A DNA stretch of 64,000 nt from Azolla caroliniana (Eukaryota > Plantae > Polypodiophyta): assembly GCA_043228905.1 (NCBI GenBank), contig JBHGNT010000003.1, positions 9,982,001 to 10,046,000 of the forward strand, written 5' to 3'. The translations under genes and the position numbers were made by a program. Below the pieces are notes generated by a model. The model was not told the origin of the DNA. It did no database searches and saw only the letters and a program-made list of their open reading frames with translations. Of the stretch, positions 52,238 to 64,000 are shown in pieces. Each line of letters starts with the position of its first letter. Within the stretch, counting starts at the first letter, position 1.

Positions 52238-52619
52238 ATACCTAATCGCATGTGCACCCCTTACGACCCCTCTACGAAGCGTGTGTGATACTTCGATTGA
52301 ACATCGGCGAGTGTATCATCTACCTTAAGGGCCTCTATCTCAATCACCTCTATGGGTCGAGACTTCTTATATTTCATGACACTTGTCTCCCCCATGTCGA
52401 CAGGAGTTTACTTCGACACAAGTTGACAACAACATCAATCAACCGGTGCTCTCACATACGCACTAGGGATCCCATGGTCACGAAGATCATGGGCCCAATG
52501 TCTCTTTAACTCTTTCAAAGTACCTGTCAATGGGTAATGTGATGTGCCACCATGTGACGCCAATACTACCTCCCTTCAATTCTCTACGTAAGTAACTTGA
52601 ATATTAGGCGATGCCTTAA

Positions 52620-53310
52620 TGTTACGGTGTCGCGTTATTACATGCGTGCGTGTAGAACGAGGCAGGACCACGGGGGTCTTGGACCGAGGAACAAGAGAGC
52701 AAGAGGGGAGCAAGAAAGACAACGGCCGCGCTTCGCACACACACACATACACAGGAACTGCAACCGATTGAGACAAGATGAATGTGCATATGTATATATA
52801 TACATATAAGATGAAAGGGGTTACAACCGGTGGGCCGGTGAGCGACAAGCTCTGACGGCTACATGCACACAGACGTGAGATGGAGACTCTGCCGGAAGCA
52901 CTCGGGCGTTCCGTGGAGCAGAGTCAGCCTCCCGAAAACCTGCACAGTGCAAATACAGAGAAAGATGGAGGAGAAGAGCTCGGTCCCAATCCGACAGCGC
53001 TTCCTCCTTGACTCCTCAAAAGCCCCCTTATTACGATTCTTCTCCCTCTCTTTTATAGCCCAAGGAGGGAGGCCGTTACAACTTGTTACATCATCTTTAT
53101 TCTCTGTCCTTTTGGACAGAGATAAGCCTCGATTTCCTACCTATCAAATCCGTGTGACCTAGGATATTCACATCAGCCGACTTGTACCTAAATATGTGCA
53201 TTACAACAAAACTTGTGCCCGCGTGTAAGGGCCAGTTCGTGCACATTATTCTCCGATTCCGCCTAGGGACGGTTTTCTCCAACAACGGGCATGACCATAT
53301 CCCGTTGTAA
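52620..53310 (-). mobile_element. LTR-like fragment
   Basis: Starts TGTTACGG; minus-strand TATAAAA near 53055; no matching end or TSD found. Confidence 0.35.
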
Positions 53311-53384
53311 GTTTTACTGTAGTGTTCTATACACGTGGATAAAGTGTGAGGGTTAAATGAGAGTGTGAAGAAGGAAAGGATTAC

Positions 53385-53745
53385 TGTTAATCCTTGGGAT
53401 TGGGACAACCCATTAGGCCAAGTGTGAACTTGCCTGGGGGCCTTAGGTCTGGCTATAAATATGAGGCCTAGCTACCCTCATTTGGGACATGATCGACTAT
53501 GTCGAGACTCCGTCATTGTGGTGGGTCAACTCATGTAGCGAGCGCGCCAGCACCAGGTATGACTCAACGACACGACGATAGTATGGGACGCCGATCAAGG
53601 CTCGAGTCCGTCTCGATCCCTTCGCTCGGGGGTGGTCAGGTGGATCGGCACCCTTCTTTCTCTCTCCTCTCTTATTTAGCTATCTTTATTATCCTTATCC
53701 TTTGCTTACATTAGTAGCTAGCTCTAACAATTGGTATTGGAGCCA
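53385..53745 (+). mobile_element. LTR followed by a degenerate tRNA-Met PBS; internal region decayed
   Basis: TGTTA...TAACA (53385-53729), CTATAAAT at ~53453, then ATTGGTATTGGAGCC. Confidence 0.55.
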
Positions 53746-56700
53746 TGTTTCTAATGTTTCGTTTGTTTATTGTTTTCTTTTGATGGATGGTGATCGATTT
53801 GTGTGTGGTCGACCTTGATTCAGAAAGGCATTAACAAGCAAACTTCGGTAACTCTTTTTTTTTTCTATTCTTTCCTCTCCCAATCTAATCATGTATAGTC
53901 AATATGTATTTTTTTATTGATTCAATGATGTTGTAGTGGTAATGGATTACGTATACATATGTGTATGAGATCAATACCTCATTTGACATATATTTGATAT
54001 GTGATTCGTGTCATATGTGTACGAGGTTAATACATGCATATTACGTTCACATAAATATGTTACATATGCGTATGAGGTGAATACCTTGATTTCTATGTAA
54101 ATGATATGTGATTGGTGTCGTATGTGTAAGAGCGCAATTGTGTATTACGTTCACCCTTATTTTTGGATGTTTCGTGTGCGTAGAGGCTATATGCCTCGAT
54201 TACATGTCTCAATTTCATCATTTGTTGGCTATTTTATGTTACGATTTTTTTAAAAATATACGCATGTGTGGTCATGTGTATACATATTTGATTGTATACA
54301 TGTGATAAACATACATAATGTGTATATTATTTATTAAGTGATTTTGTATATCGAATGTTGTCCTTTTCGAGGAAAGGATCTTGGTGGCCGTTGTCACATT
54401 TTTGTGAGAATGGCGTCATAACCATCCTTTTTTTCAACAATTTTTTTGTTGTCATCCCCGTTGGTCACTTCGATTTTGCTACGCGTTATAACGAAATGAT
54501 TATAGCCACAATGATGTCGAGAGCGTAAGAATTGACCCACTTCATGTGAGGTTGCTCCTATGACACACGTATCCAACATCCCTCCCTCGTTACATGGTTA
54601 CGATGCCACCATGAGATCATCATTACAAAAGGCATTCGTAATGGTGTAATCATGTGATGGGCCATGTGGGGCTACTACAAAAGGAGGGCTTGTGTGGGTT
54701 GACCATTAGGTTACTCTTTAGGGTATGTCATCGTAATGATAAGCCTTGAGGTTGGGTAACGTACCAACATAGTTTTCGTGTTAACGAGGGGGAAATAAGG
54801 TTTCTAGACACATATGTTTTCTTTTAAAAAAAATATATTGGCAAATGCCTTCACATATATCTCATATGCATAAACATTAAACATTTAAAAGCAACAAACC
54901 ATTTGGTTGGCTCAAGTGTTTAATGCATTTGTTCTTGAGGTCTCGAGTTTAAATATGACCATGACCATATAACATTGTTGATATATATGTGACTATAACA
55001 CATGTTTAGAATTTAGGTCTAAGTGCACTTCGGGGTCATCGTAATAGGACTTAAAGAGCCGAAATCACATGGGTGGGCCCAGAGACATAGTTTATTGTTA
55101 ACATTTTTTCGTGTATAAACTATTCATGCCACGAACATACATGGTTGAGCCTCGGGGAGCCGCCATGAAAAACTCGATATAGAGATCAGGGAAATACATT
55201 CATTTGTCATGCCCATGGTTTTTAAAAGACCTTTGTGTTACCATAGTAACCTGATCTTGAACCACATCTCGTACGTCTAGAGGGGTATTGACGTGAGATC
55301 AAGATATCGATTAATGTTTGCCCATGATATGTTTACATCACGACATGATGTTATGACTATTTGTTTGACCTTATCCTATTTCTTTGCTAGAAATCATCAT
55401 TCAATGGCTCATAATAACGACCCGATGGCATCCGCCAAAGTGGAAAGAATTCAACGAAATCCTCTTGGGCCAATCCCCATTTAGTTGTATTTTTTATAAA
55501 TTCAAAATTTCCTTAATTCTACCTTCCATGAGATGTCCGAACTTCGGCAATCTCATAGTGCTCTCAAGGCATGTGTCATTAGTATACAATGTGATACTAA
55601 TCGACCCGATGAGCGTCAAGGTGAACCATCATTTTTCGTAAAAAGACTGGATCATTTGAAATAGGTAATATGTCGCAATTTAAGAACAATCCGTCCAAAA
55701 AAGGCACAAAGTAGGTCATTTCACAAAAAGGGCCATCACATGCGTAAAGGGATGTGGAAATTGAATCTAAATATATTGATTTATACCATGTCCAAAAATT
55801 TAGGGCTCTCAAAAAATGCCCCTAATAATCGACACATGAAATTTACAAGAGAACGTACTTACAAAATGACTAACATGTATATTTATACATATTTGCGAAT
55901 CGCCATATTGATGTAATATACAATATTTACATTTCCTATATGAGATCCATCACTTCCCAGACATACGCCTTCCCCTTCAGACCCACCCGATGAATTAGAA
56001 GAGTTTTGTGAGGTCTCATCCTCATCATCACTAGCAACCAATGCATTGTCTTCATCCAATTCCAATTCAACGTCACCGTGATTATGAGACATACTCCTTG
56101 TTCGTCTCTGTGTTGCGTCAACAGGCACATCTGGGATCTTCTCTTTTATTATCTTGATTGAAGTCTGTCTTAGATGACATGTTTTGGTCAAGGAGAAGTC
56201 ATACACTAGTGTGTCGACATTTCAAGTGCTAGAGTAGACGTGCTTGGTAGATTCTTTCTTCTTCGCTTTTTTCTTGTGTCTTCGACATCCTTAACCATCT
56301 CTAAAGAGTACTTCCTAGTAGATGCATCTTTGGAAGAGGTATGATACCAATGAACCATAATAGACTTTACTTGATTGCCTTCATCATCCTTAATAATTTC
56401 AATGATTTTGGCAATCTAGAAGGGATGGCCCAACTTATCACCCCCAACTAATGTTGCAACCAACATGCCAACTTGTAGCTCATATAGATTGCCTTGCCAC
56501 CTCGCCTCTGCAGCATGTGATAATCTTGGTTCCACGTAAATATCTCTTTATCGTGGATGAATTAGATTATTCAATTCAAGATTCTCTAGTGGTTGTAAAG
56601 GAGTCGTGCTTGCCATTGATGGGCCACCAAGCACCCATTTGAATTGATTTTGTAGTGGTGTACCCTATAAAGTGGTCATCTAATATTGTATGTTGATGAT

Positions 56701-57652
56701 TAAATAAAACCTCCCACCAATCCACATCCCGATCACCAACGTACTTTTGGTTCACTCAATATTTTTTTGTTTTTCCTCAAGGCACCGCATCCAATATATC
56801 TTTTTCTCTTCAATTGAACTACCAACAACCAATATTTTATGGTCGTCATAGGGCATTTGCTCAACACCATAGATTATTGCATCTAGGAAATGCAATAAGA
56901 GCCTACATCCGTCTTGTGGCTCCCATTGCGAACTAGATGAGTATTGTTTGGCAAACAACATGGTCTGGTTGTGACCAACCACACTTTATTGGATGAGGAA
57001 TACGTGGTTAAAACTTATATTATTAAGTGGAGCAAGAACCCTACATCCGGTCCCATCACCATCCAAACAAAAGCGCTTGAAATCATATACTTCATCTAAA
57101 TGTTGCACATCTGGCTTGGGGGTATAAGCTTCAACGATCAACCTTGATAGCATAAGAAGTGTGAAAGCATCGCACCTCGCTAATTTCTTGGAGAACCTAC
57201 TAAATATTTGATCTATGTGATCATGTGTATGACCAACTAGCAAGAAGTTGACCTTAATATTTTTGAAAATACCCTTGTCTACTAACATGCTCAGGTAACC
57301 AAACATAGTTGAGTTCTTGTTTTCTCTCGCCGTGTTGTCAAGTTGCATGTATAGTATTGGTGGGAGTAAACCTTGCCAACTCTGCAGAACTCTTTGCATG
57401 ACTATAACTGTAAGATTAGGGTCATTGTGGATATTTGGATAAGTTAAGAACACGAGGCCTTATTGTCTAACAATACAAAAGACATCCTACTAAGTGCATC
57501 TGCATTAGGCATTCATCTCCAATATCCTTGGGCAACCTTCAAAAATGTGGCAAACAAGTTTTGTTTTGATCCATCCCATCTATAATCAAGCACATGTATC
57601 TTTTTGGCGATTCAAGCGCTTTTTGACCATGGTGCATAGCTTTAGATCTTTC

Positions 57653-60600
57653 TGTTGAGAATCAAGCTCAACTTGATCTAGTGTGTGAACTCACCTTGAG
57701 AGTGAATAGACACTTCAACGGTCAAGAGTCACCATTATGTCACCTCTTTGTATTCTAGCATTTAGTATGAGTCATAGAATCATATTCTATGACACATAAC
57801 TTATGAGCTTTCACATTCCCCATGCTCCATGAGTCTTGTAGTTAATGAAGAGAGAGGGTGACTATATAAAGCACCCTCCTCCCACCTTGTATTTAGTTGA
57901 GTCTTTCTCCTTTGTTAATACAATCTACCTTGCGTATTCTCTGTGTTATTCCTTGTCTCTCTCACTCACTCTCTTTCTCTCATACACACACATAACTCAC
58001 ATCTCTTCCACTTCACAAGAATCATATCCGATTCTTTACATGGTATCAAAGCGATTTGGTAGTTTGATGTAGCCCATTCGCCTCATCGTGATTATGTGTT
58101 GTGCTCCACGCCAATGACCAAGAACCGGCTCATCGCTATCGTAGCTTCGCTACATAGCTCGCATTCGAAGAGAGACGAAGAAGAAGAAGAATCGACATAA
58201 TGAATACTCAAATGGGGAGCGCTCTCCCTACCGAGAAGTTGGATCGAAACAACTTCGCATCTTGGGAGTACAAGATGCACCAATACATTGTCGGACAAGG
58301 CTATTGGAGCTACATCAAAGGAGTGCATGAAGACCGACCTGCTAAAGCGGCTCCTGGATATGTGACATGGGAGCAAGCCGCAAACCGCAAGCCGCATGAT
58401 GTATTGCTTGGCGACATGTGTTCACGATCACATGCTCGGCTACATTCGCGAGGCCAAGACGCCGAAGGAGGCATGGGAAAATCTACGAAAGATTTTCATG
58501 GCGAACACGACCGCGAGGAAGCTTCAACTCCGCCAAGAGTTGAACAACATTCAACAAAGGGACATGGCCATCACGACATACACCTCGAAGATCAAGGAGC
58601 TTTGCGATTCGCTCCGCTCAATAAGCGTAAATATCGGTTATGAGGAGATGGTTCAAATATGCCTCGACAGCCTCGCACCACGGTTCGGCGCGATGCGAAC
58701 CGCCGTTCTAGCACAGGAGAAATCTCCCTCCTTCTTCGAGCTCCAATAAATGCTATTGGTCGAAGAAAACCACGTGCGTACAAGGAGCAATGAGTCGGAA
58801 GGCCACATGCTCTACACGCACTCGAACGAAGGAAGAGGACACAGACGGTCAAGAGGCCTATTCGGCCAAGGACAAGGCAGACAAGGTCCGACCTACGACA
58901 ACAACTCCCAATTTAGGCCACAAAATGGAAGCCAGTGAGGAACCTTCGCAAGAAGGGGGAGCTTCCGCTCCGGCCCGAGCCGTCCAAACGCAACCGAATG
59001 CGGATATTGCGGAAAGCTCGGCCACCACGAAGAAGAGTGCCGAAAGATGATGCGTGAATCGGCTTCCACAAGACAACAACTCACGAATTACGCACACAAT
59101 TCCGACTAGGAAGAGTATAGCGGAATGTACGAGCACAACTCCGACTACGAGTATCGTGGCGGAATGTACGCATACAACTCCGACCGTGGCGGAATGTTCA
59201 TGATGAAACATAGAGCAAACTCTCTGTCGGCCTCTACCTCAACTAGTGCCCTCAATTTGGAGGACTGTTACCCCGTATGAGATGTACGGAGAGTCAGTGG
59301 GATGAGCGAGGGTCGAATGTTATCATGATGTTGTTGTGTTTGTGTAGGGGACATAAATGTAATTGGGAGTCTATACGTATTTGAACACATGCACACGTGT
59401 GTGCATGTGGATGGATACGAGGAGGTGTGAGTGAGTGTCCAGTATGAATGCTCGAGGGGGCTTACGCCCCTATGTATCTACCCCCTCTTGGACTATTTAA
59501 CCCCCTTATGGGGAATGAATGAAAGATGAATGAACATTTTCTCTCTTAATCTCTCTCTCTCTCTCTCTCTCCCCCTCAACGTTGAATCCCCTTGGGAGGG
59601 GGGTGGAGCCATTCTAGGCACCACCCCCCACCCCTCAATGGTTGTCTTGTTCTTCACATCCTCTCTCATCATCACACATTTATTATCAATCTACCATCAT
59701 TGCTAACCCTATTCCTATCTTTATCATTATCATACCCTAACCCTAAAACGTATAACAAGGACGTATGGTTTGTTGACTCCGGAGCCTCAAACCATATGAC
59801 ATCTCATAAAGAATGGTTTCTCGAACTTCGAGAGCCGGAGCGACCCGGTTATGTCGAAACTGGAGATGACACTACGCACCCAAAGCGTGTGAGCCGACTC
59901 AGTATCAACAACTCATCGGGAGTCTCATCTACCTCACGATCACTCGACCCGATCTTAGTTATCCGGTCAGTCTCCTTAGTCAATTCATGCAAACACCACG
60001 TGATACTTAGTTGGATTGCGCTAAGCGAGTTCTACGGTACGTGAGCGGCACAATGGATTGCGACATCCTCTACAAGACCGCGATGCCAATACGCCTCGAG
60101 GGGTACACAGATGCCGATTGGGCCGGCTACAAAGCCGATAGAAGATCAACCTCCATATTTGTTTTCTCCCTCGGTAGCGGAGCAATATCCCGGGGTAGCA
60201 AGAAGCAGCCTACCGTCGATCTTTCGAGTACAGAGGCGGAATATAGGGGCGCAGCCGTAGGTGTGTGTGAAGCCATATGGCTCAAGAGGATTTTGAAGGA
60301 TATGGGCGTACCCAAAAAGGATCCGATTTCCCTTTACTACGACAATATGAGCAGTATCTATCTGGCTCGAAACCCGGTGTTCCACGCGCGGACAAAGCAC
60401 ATCGAAGTGCACTATCACTTCATCCGAGAGCGCGTTCTACCTGGTGATGTTGACCTACAACACATTAGCACAAATCTTCAAACGACCGACATCTTCACTA
60501 AAGCCTTAGGAGCCAACAAGTTGTGGCAATTCATGACCGATCTCGGATTGACGATCCCTGACCTGCCAAGCTTGAGGGGGAGTACTGAAGATATTACGCA

Positions 60601-61223
60601 ATAACGCGTGGATTACGCAACCACGCAACAAAGACACGAAGAGCTGATCTACCGCGCACAGCCATGAAGAAAGACGCAAACCGAAGCACAGACTTCGTAA
60701 CTACGCTCAATGCAAGCTGGAGCACGGATTCCGCAACTCCGCATGAATGTGAGTCGACGCGGACTTTGGAACACGAGTCGAAGCGGATTTCGGATACTGT
60801 CTGAAACCGACCCGACTTGAGCTTGAGGGGGCGTGTTGAGAATCAAGCTCAATTTGATCTAGTGTGTGAACTCACCTTGAGAGTGAATAGACACTTCAAC
60901 GGTCAAGAGTCGCCATTATGTCACCTCTTTGTATTCTAGCATTTAGTATGAGTCATAGAATCATATTCTATGACACATAACTTATGAGCTTTCACATTCC
61001 CCATGCTCCATGAGTCTTGTAGTTAATGAAGAGAGAGGGTGACTATATAAAGCACCCTCCTCCCACCTTGTATTTAGTTGAGTCTTTCTCCTTTGTTAAT
61101 ACAATCTACCTTGCGTATTCTCTGTGTTATTCCTTGTCTCTCTCTCACTCACTCTCTCTCTCTCATACACACACATAACTCACATCTCTTCCGCTTCACA
61201 AGAATCATATCCGATTCTTTACA
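57653..61223 (+). mobile_element. Copia copy B (same family as A), internally deleted
   Basis: LTRs 57653-58040 and 60834-61223; perfect TSD CTTTC; PBS TGGTATCA. The protease region is fused to the RT end at 59876-59883, so integrase and most of RT are missing. Confidence 0.95.
59266..59757. mobile_element. Solo LTR inside Copia B
   Basis: TGTTA...TAACA termini; perfect TSD AGGAC; removing it restores ...EDVWFVDSGAS. Confidence 0.9.
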
Positions 61224-62625
61224 CTTTCCAACGCTTGGCTTTCTCAATGCTCTCTCAATAATGTCTTATATTTTGTTATTTTTTCATCTGTTGTCCCACT
61301 CTTTGCCACGCTTTTTAAACTTGCGCAGATCGAACAAACACGCATCCGAACCTTATGGGGTATGACCATATTGTTAAACTTCGATCTCCATAAACGATTA
61401 AAATGCCGATATTGTATATAAGGTACACTTTCCAATAACATGCCATCCTTATAGGCTTGGTATACCTCACGACGAGTGAAGTTATCTGACAAATGTAACC
61501 TTCCAGTGGTGGGCATAACATTAGATTGCTTCGAGAAATAAATCTCCATCCATCTAACAATAGGTCGTCCAATCAGGCCCTTCATGAAAATTCTGTATTG
61601 TTGAAAGGCACCCACCACCCCTTCAGTAATCGATGTTAAATTCTCTGTAGCCTCATGTTCTCGATGTTACAAGCAATTTTAAAAGCAACTTGACAACTCT
61701 TCGTAGTAAGTGAAAGGTAATATTCCAATTGCTAAGAACACGACACTGCCAGATGGTTCTTAACAAGTTGCATATTGGCAATCAAGAATGTATCTTGTTC
61801 ATCGTCATTGAGAGACAAATACTTTTGTCACAACCCCCGCAAGTTTGCCTTTCCAAATTTTGATAGACAAAGGCTCCCACAGCATACCTTGCATATGTCA
61901 ATTGAAATTTATTGATCCGAACACAAAAAATTATATTTTTTAACACTCGTCGAGGAACTCTTTGAAAATTTAGAGGCTTATTGACACAGTCTTTGTTAGC
62001 ATTCGATAAACTAGACTCGACATGAGTTATATCTAGTTTAATATATCTTGTTTTACCTAAGTTTAATGGCTCTATCGAAAAAATTGACACCGAGCTTTGC
62101 TCTTGATCGTTGTTGGTCTTAACATGGCACCTTCTATTATTAACATGGCTATATTCCTCGATTGAGAATAACGAGTTATCAGATAATATAACAGGCTCAA
62201 AAGAAAACAGAGAATTTTCACTCGACTTTGAGAACATTTTGCTCAAGGCTAAGTAAGAACAACAATGTCCAAAATAGGCACAAGCTTGGTTCTATAATAA
62301 GCACCATGTCCAAAAACATTTTATTTATTTATTTAAAATAATTAAAAATATTTTTGAAAATACAAAGTAAAACTTATATAAAGGGAAGTCATCTTCTATT
62401 TCTCATTATCACGTTCAAGCAAAAGAAGAGCACAAGAGCACTTCGTTGAAAAATGGGCTTTTCATGATCAATAGATTAGATGTATTTTATGTAACATTCT
62501 ATACCAAAAAACGTATGATTTTCGCTAATTTTTACCTTAGTTAAGAGGTCTATATTGTTTTTTATTAACATTATTGTTATATCCTTGTGTCATGACTTGT
62601 TGTTTTCAGTGAGCCACGATAGAAG

Positions 62626-64000
62626 GTGTCGTGCTTCAAACTAAAAATTCCATCACCAACAAAAAGACCTTCTGACACCATGATGAAAGTTGATTCTCGT
62701 AAAACATTTATCGAGTCAGGAGATGACGACACTTCAAAGTCTTTTGTCGATAACACGCCGAAGACTTTAGGCAAAAAGAGTGGGGAGCCTCGCCTGAAGA
62801 GCTACGCCCATGTGGAGTGGACACTAATCTACATCGAGGAAGAAGAGGACCTCCTTATTCTTGCAAAGTCTGAAGGCGAAGGCAAGTTGCAGGTGGGAAA
62901 GACATTCACCTAAGCCTACATACGGAACATCTATTATGAAGACAACGACTTATTGAACCTCTTCTTCGATGTTGATAGCTCGGTGGGGTTTCGCAAATTC
63001 AAGATCGATGAACGTAATTTCATAACTGACTCCTGCCACCCTAAAGCCCTAAAAAGGATGTTCAGACAAAAAACAACTTGATTGTTGCTTTGCGCTCGTA
63101 CATTAAGGGAGACCTGATGGTCACGCAAGCAACAACCCCACCAAAATCTGCCAAGAAGTCCAAACCAGAACATAAGAAGTACAAGAAAAGGCAGCAACCA
63201 GAAGAGGATGAGCTGGGGGTCCTCGAGTTTGTAGAAGATGAGGAGGAAGAAGCCGAGCTCGAAGCTATTCCTCCAGGGGGCCACATTTCATCGGGGATAC
63301 GTAAGAGCAAAACCGGATCAGAGAAAATATTGTTAAGACGAAGCTTGTCCGTAAAGGACAATTATTTCACTTACCAATCTGCTCTATTCAACGACAACCC
63401 ATCGATTCGGAGACAGGAAGACAGGCTCTAGAAATTAGAGAGTCACATTCAGTGCATGTGCAAAACTTAAAAAGCAAAATGAAGATTAATCCACATGCGA
63501 TTGTAGTGCCATTCTTAGTAATGGTCGATCCAGTTCAATGCCCTAATGTTGCTGACTTCAAGTACAGTTCGGCAGATGACTACACATACTATGTGATTGG
63601 AGGATCCCACTCTGCTGAAGCCTGACGTCAACTGGTCAAGGAGTATCCTCTTACCCCTTTAATCAAGTATGTAGACTGTAAAGTGTATGCAGGCCTTACA
63701 CATGAAGAAGCCAAGTTGTTAGCTTGGGATCATAACAACATTAATGACTATAGACAAAAGATGTCATGTATCGAGCACATCAGGTTCTTCCATCGCGAGT
63801 ACCTTGATGCGTTGCAAAAATTTGGTCCTCGTCTGCATCCTGGATTGCGACGACAATGTCTCCTTGAAGTGGAGATAGTAGTTGACAAAAGCACCAAGTC
63901 TGAAGGCCTTAGAAAATATGACTCATGGTTTCAACTTGCCTTTAGAACAGGGGAGGTGTGGGACCTCCAAGATCGCATTTTTAGTATGTGGGAGCATAAA
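62626..64000 (+). pseudogene. ParB/Srx-like domain protein gene, divergent from the DGMDQ transposase and truncated by the window end
   Basis: The frame from 63431 reads EIRESHSVHVQNLKSKMKINPHAIVVPFLVMVDP...YYVIGGSHSAEA*RQL...KVYAGLTHEEAKLLAWDHNNINDYRQKMSCIEHIRFF... and stays open to 64000 apart from one TGA (63623-63625). Upstream charged segments 62626-63430 carry stops and frameshifts. Confidence 0.6.

Larger units (their letters stand above)
38230..52560 (-). pseudogene. MULE/MuDR-type transposase relic interrupted by three LTR insertions
   Basis: 39992-40837 has WAI(D>N)STFKTNQFGLPLY, VI(D>N)KS, LLCEFH and DTTNIVERHWQFIK; 39311-39976 has the SWIM finger CSYCDC...KCKHI. Host sequence continues at 46339-46585 and 52243-52560. 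Outer ends uncertain. Confidence 0.75.
55900..62240 (-). pseudogene. Unclassified RNase H-fold transposase-like gene (DGMDQ / QLDNxxRENKN / GHTHxxIDQ), split by Copia B
   Basis: Removing Copia B joins ...CSIC...LLREH.ESQALER to SKAMHH...YMCLIIDGMDQNKTCLPHF. 56986-57453 has YMQLDNTARENKN and FLLVGHTHDHIDQIFS. A C-terminal PF.IAKI...VHWY segment follows. Several frameshifts. Confidence 0.75.

Noticed and set aside
54895-54960. Another tRNA-like A/B-box remnant
   Set aside because: B-box too degenerate and only a single copy.

Overview
Eukaryotic land-plant nuclear DNA; a fern or other non-seed plant is inferred from intron structure and TE families, not proven. Bases 1-21.6 kb are gene space with three minus-strand genes: an intronless EF-hand/Zn-finger gene, a 19-exon RRP12-like gene and a 7-exon plastid alpha/beta-hydrolase. 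Two hAT-type non-autonomous elements and microsatellites lie among them. Bases 22-64 kb are a nested transposon stack: two copies of one Copia family, a Tnt1-like Copia, a near-intact Tf1/Tcn1-like chromovirus Gypsy, several solo LTRs and a MULE transposase relic. The most unusual objects are two DNA-transposon-like units with accessory genes. (i) A Sola2-like transposase is paired convergently with a catalytically degenerate FCP1/NIF-like phosphatase gene, and palindromic AGCTAATTAGCT arrays fill their introns; the unit sits inside a Copia gag without a TSD. (ii) A poorly classified DGMDQ/LDN/GHTH transposase sits head-to-head with a ParB/Srx-like gene that runs off the window end. The Gypsy element shows a self-priming PBS, a -1 frameshift signal and tRNA-like Pol III boxes in its LTRs. 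All coordinates were read by eye and no searches were run.
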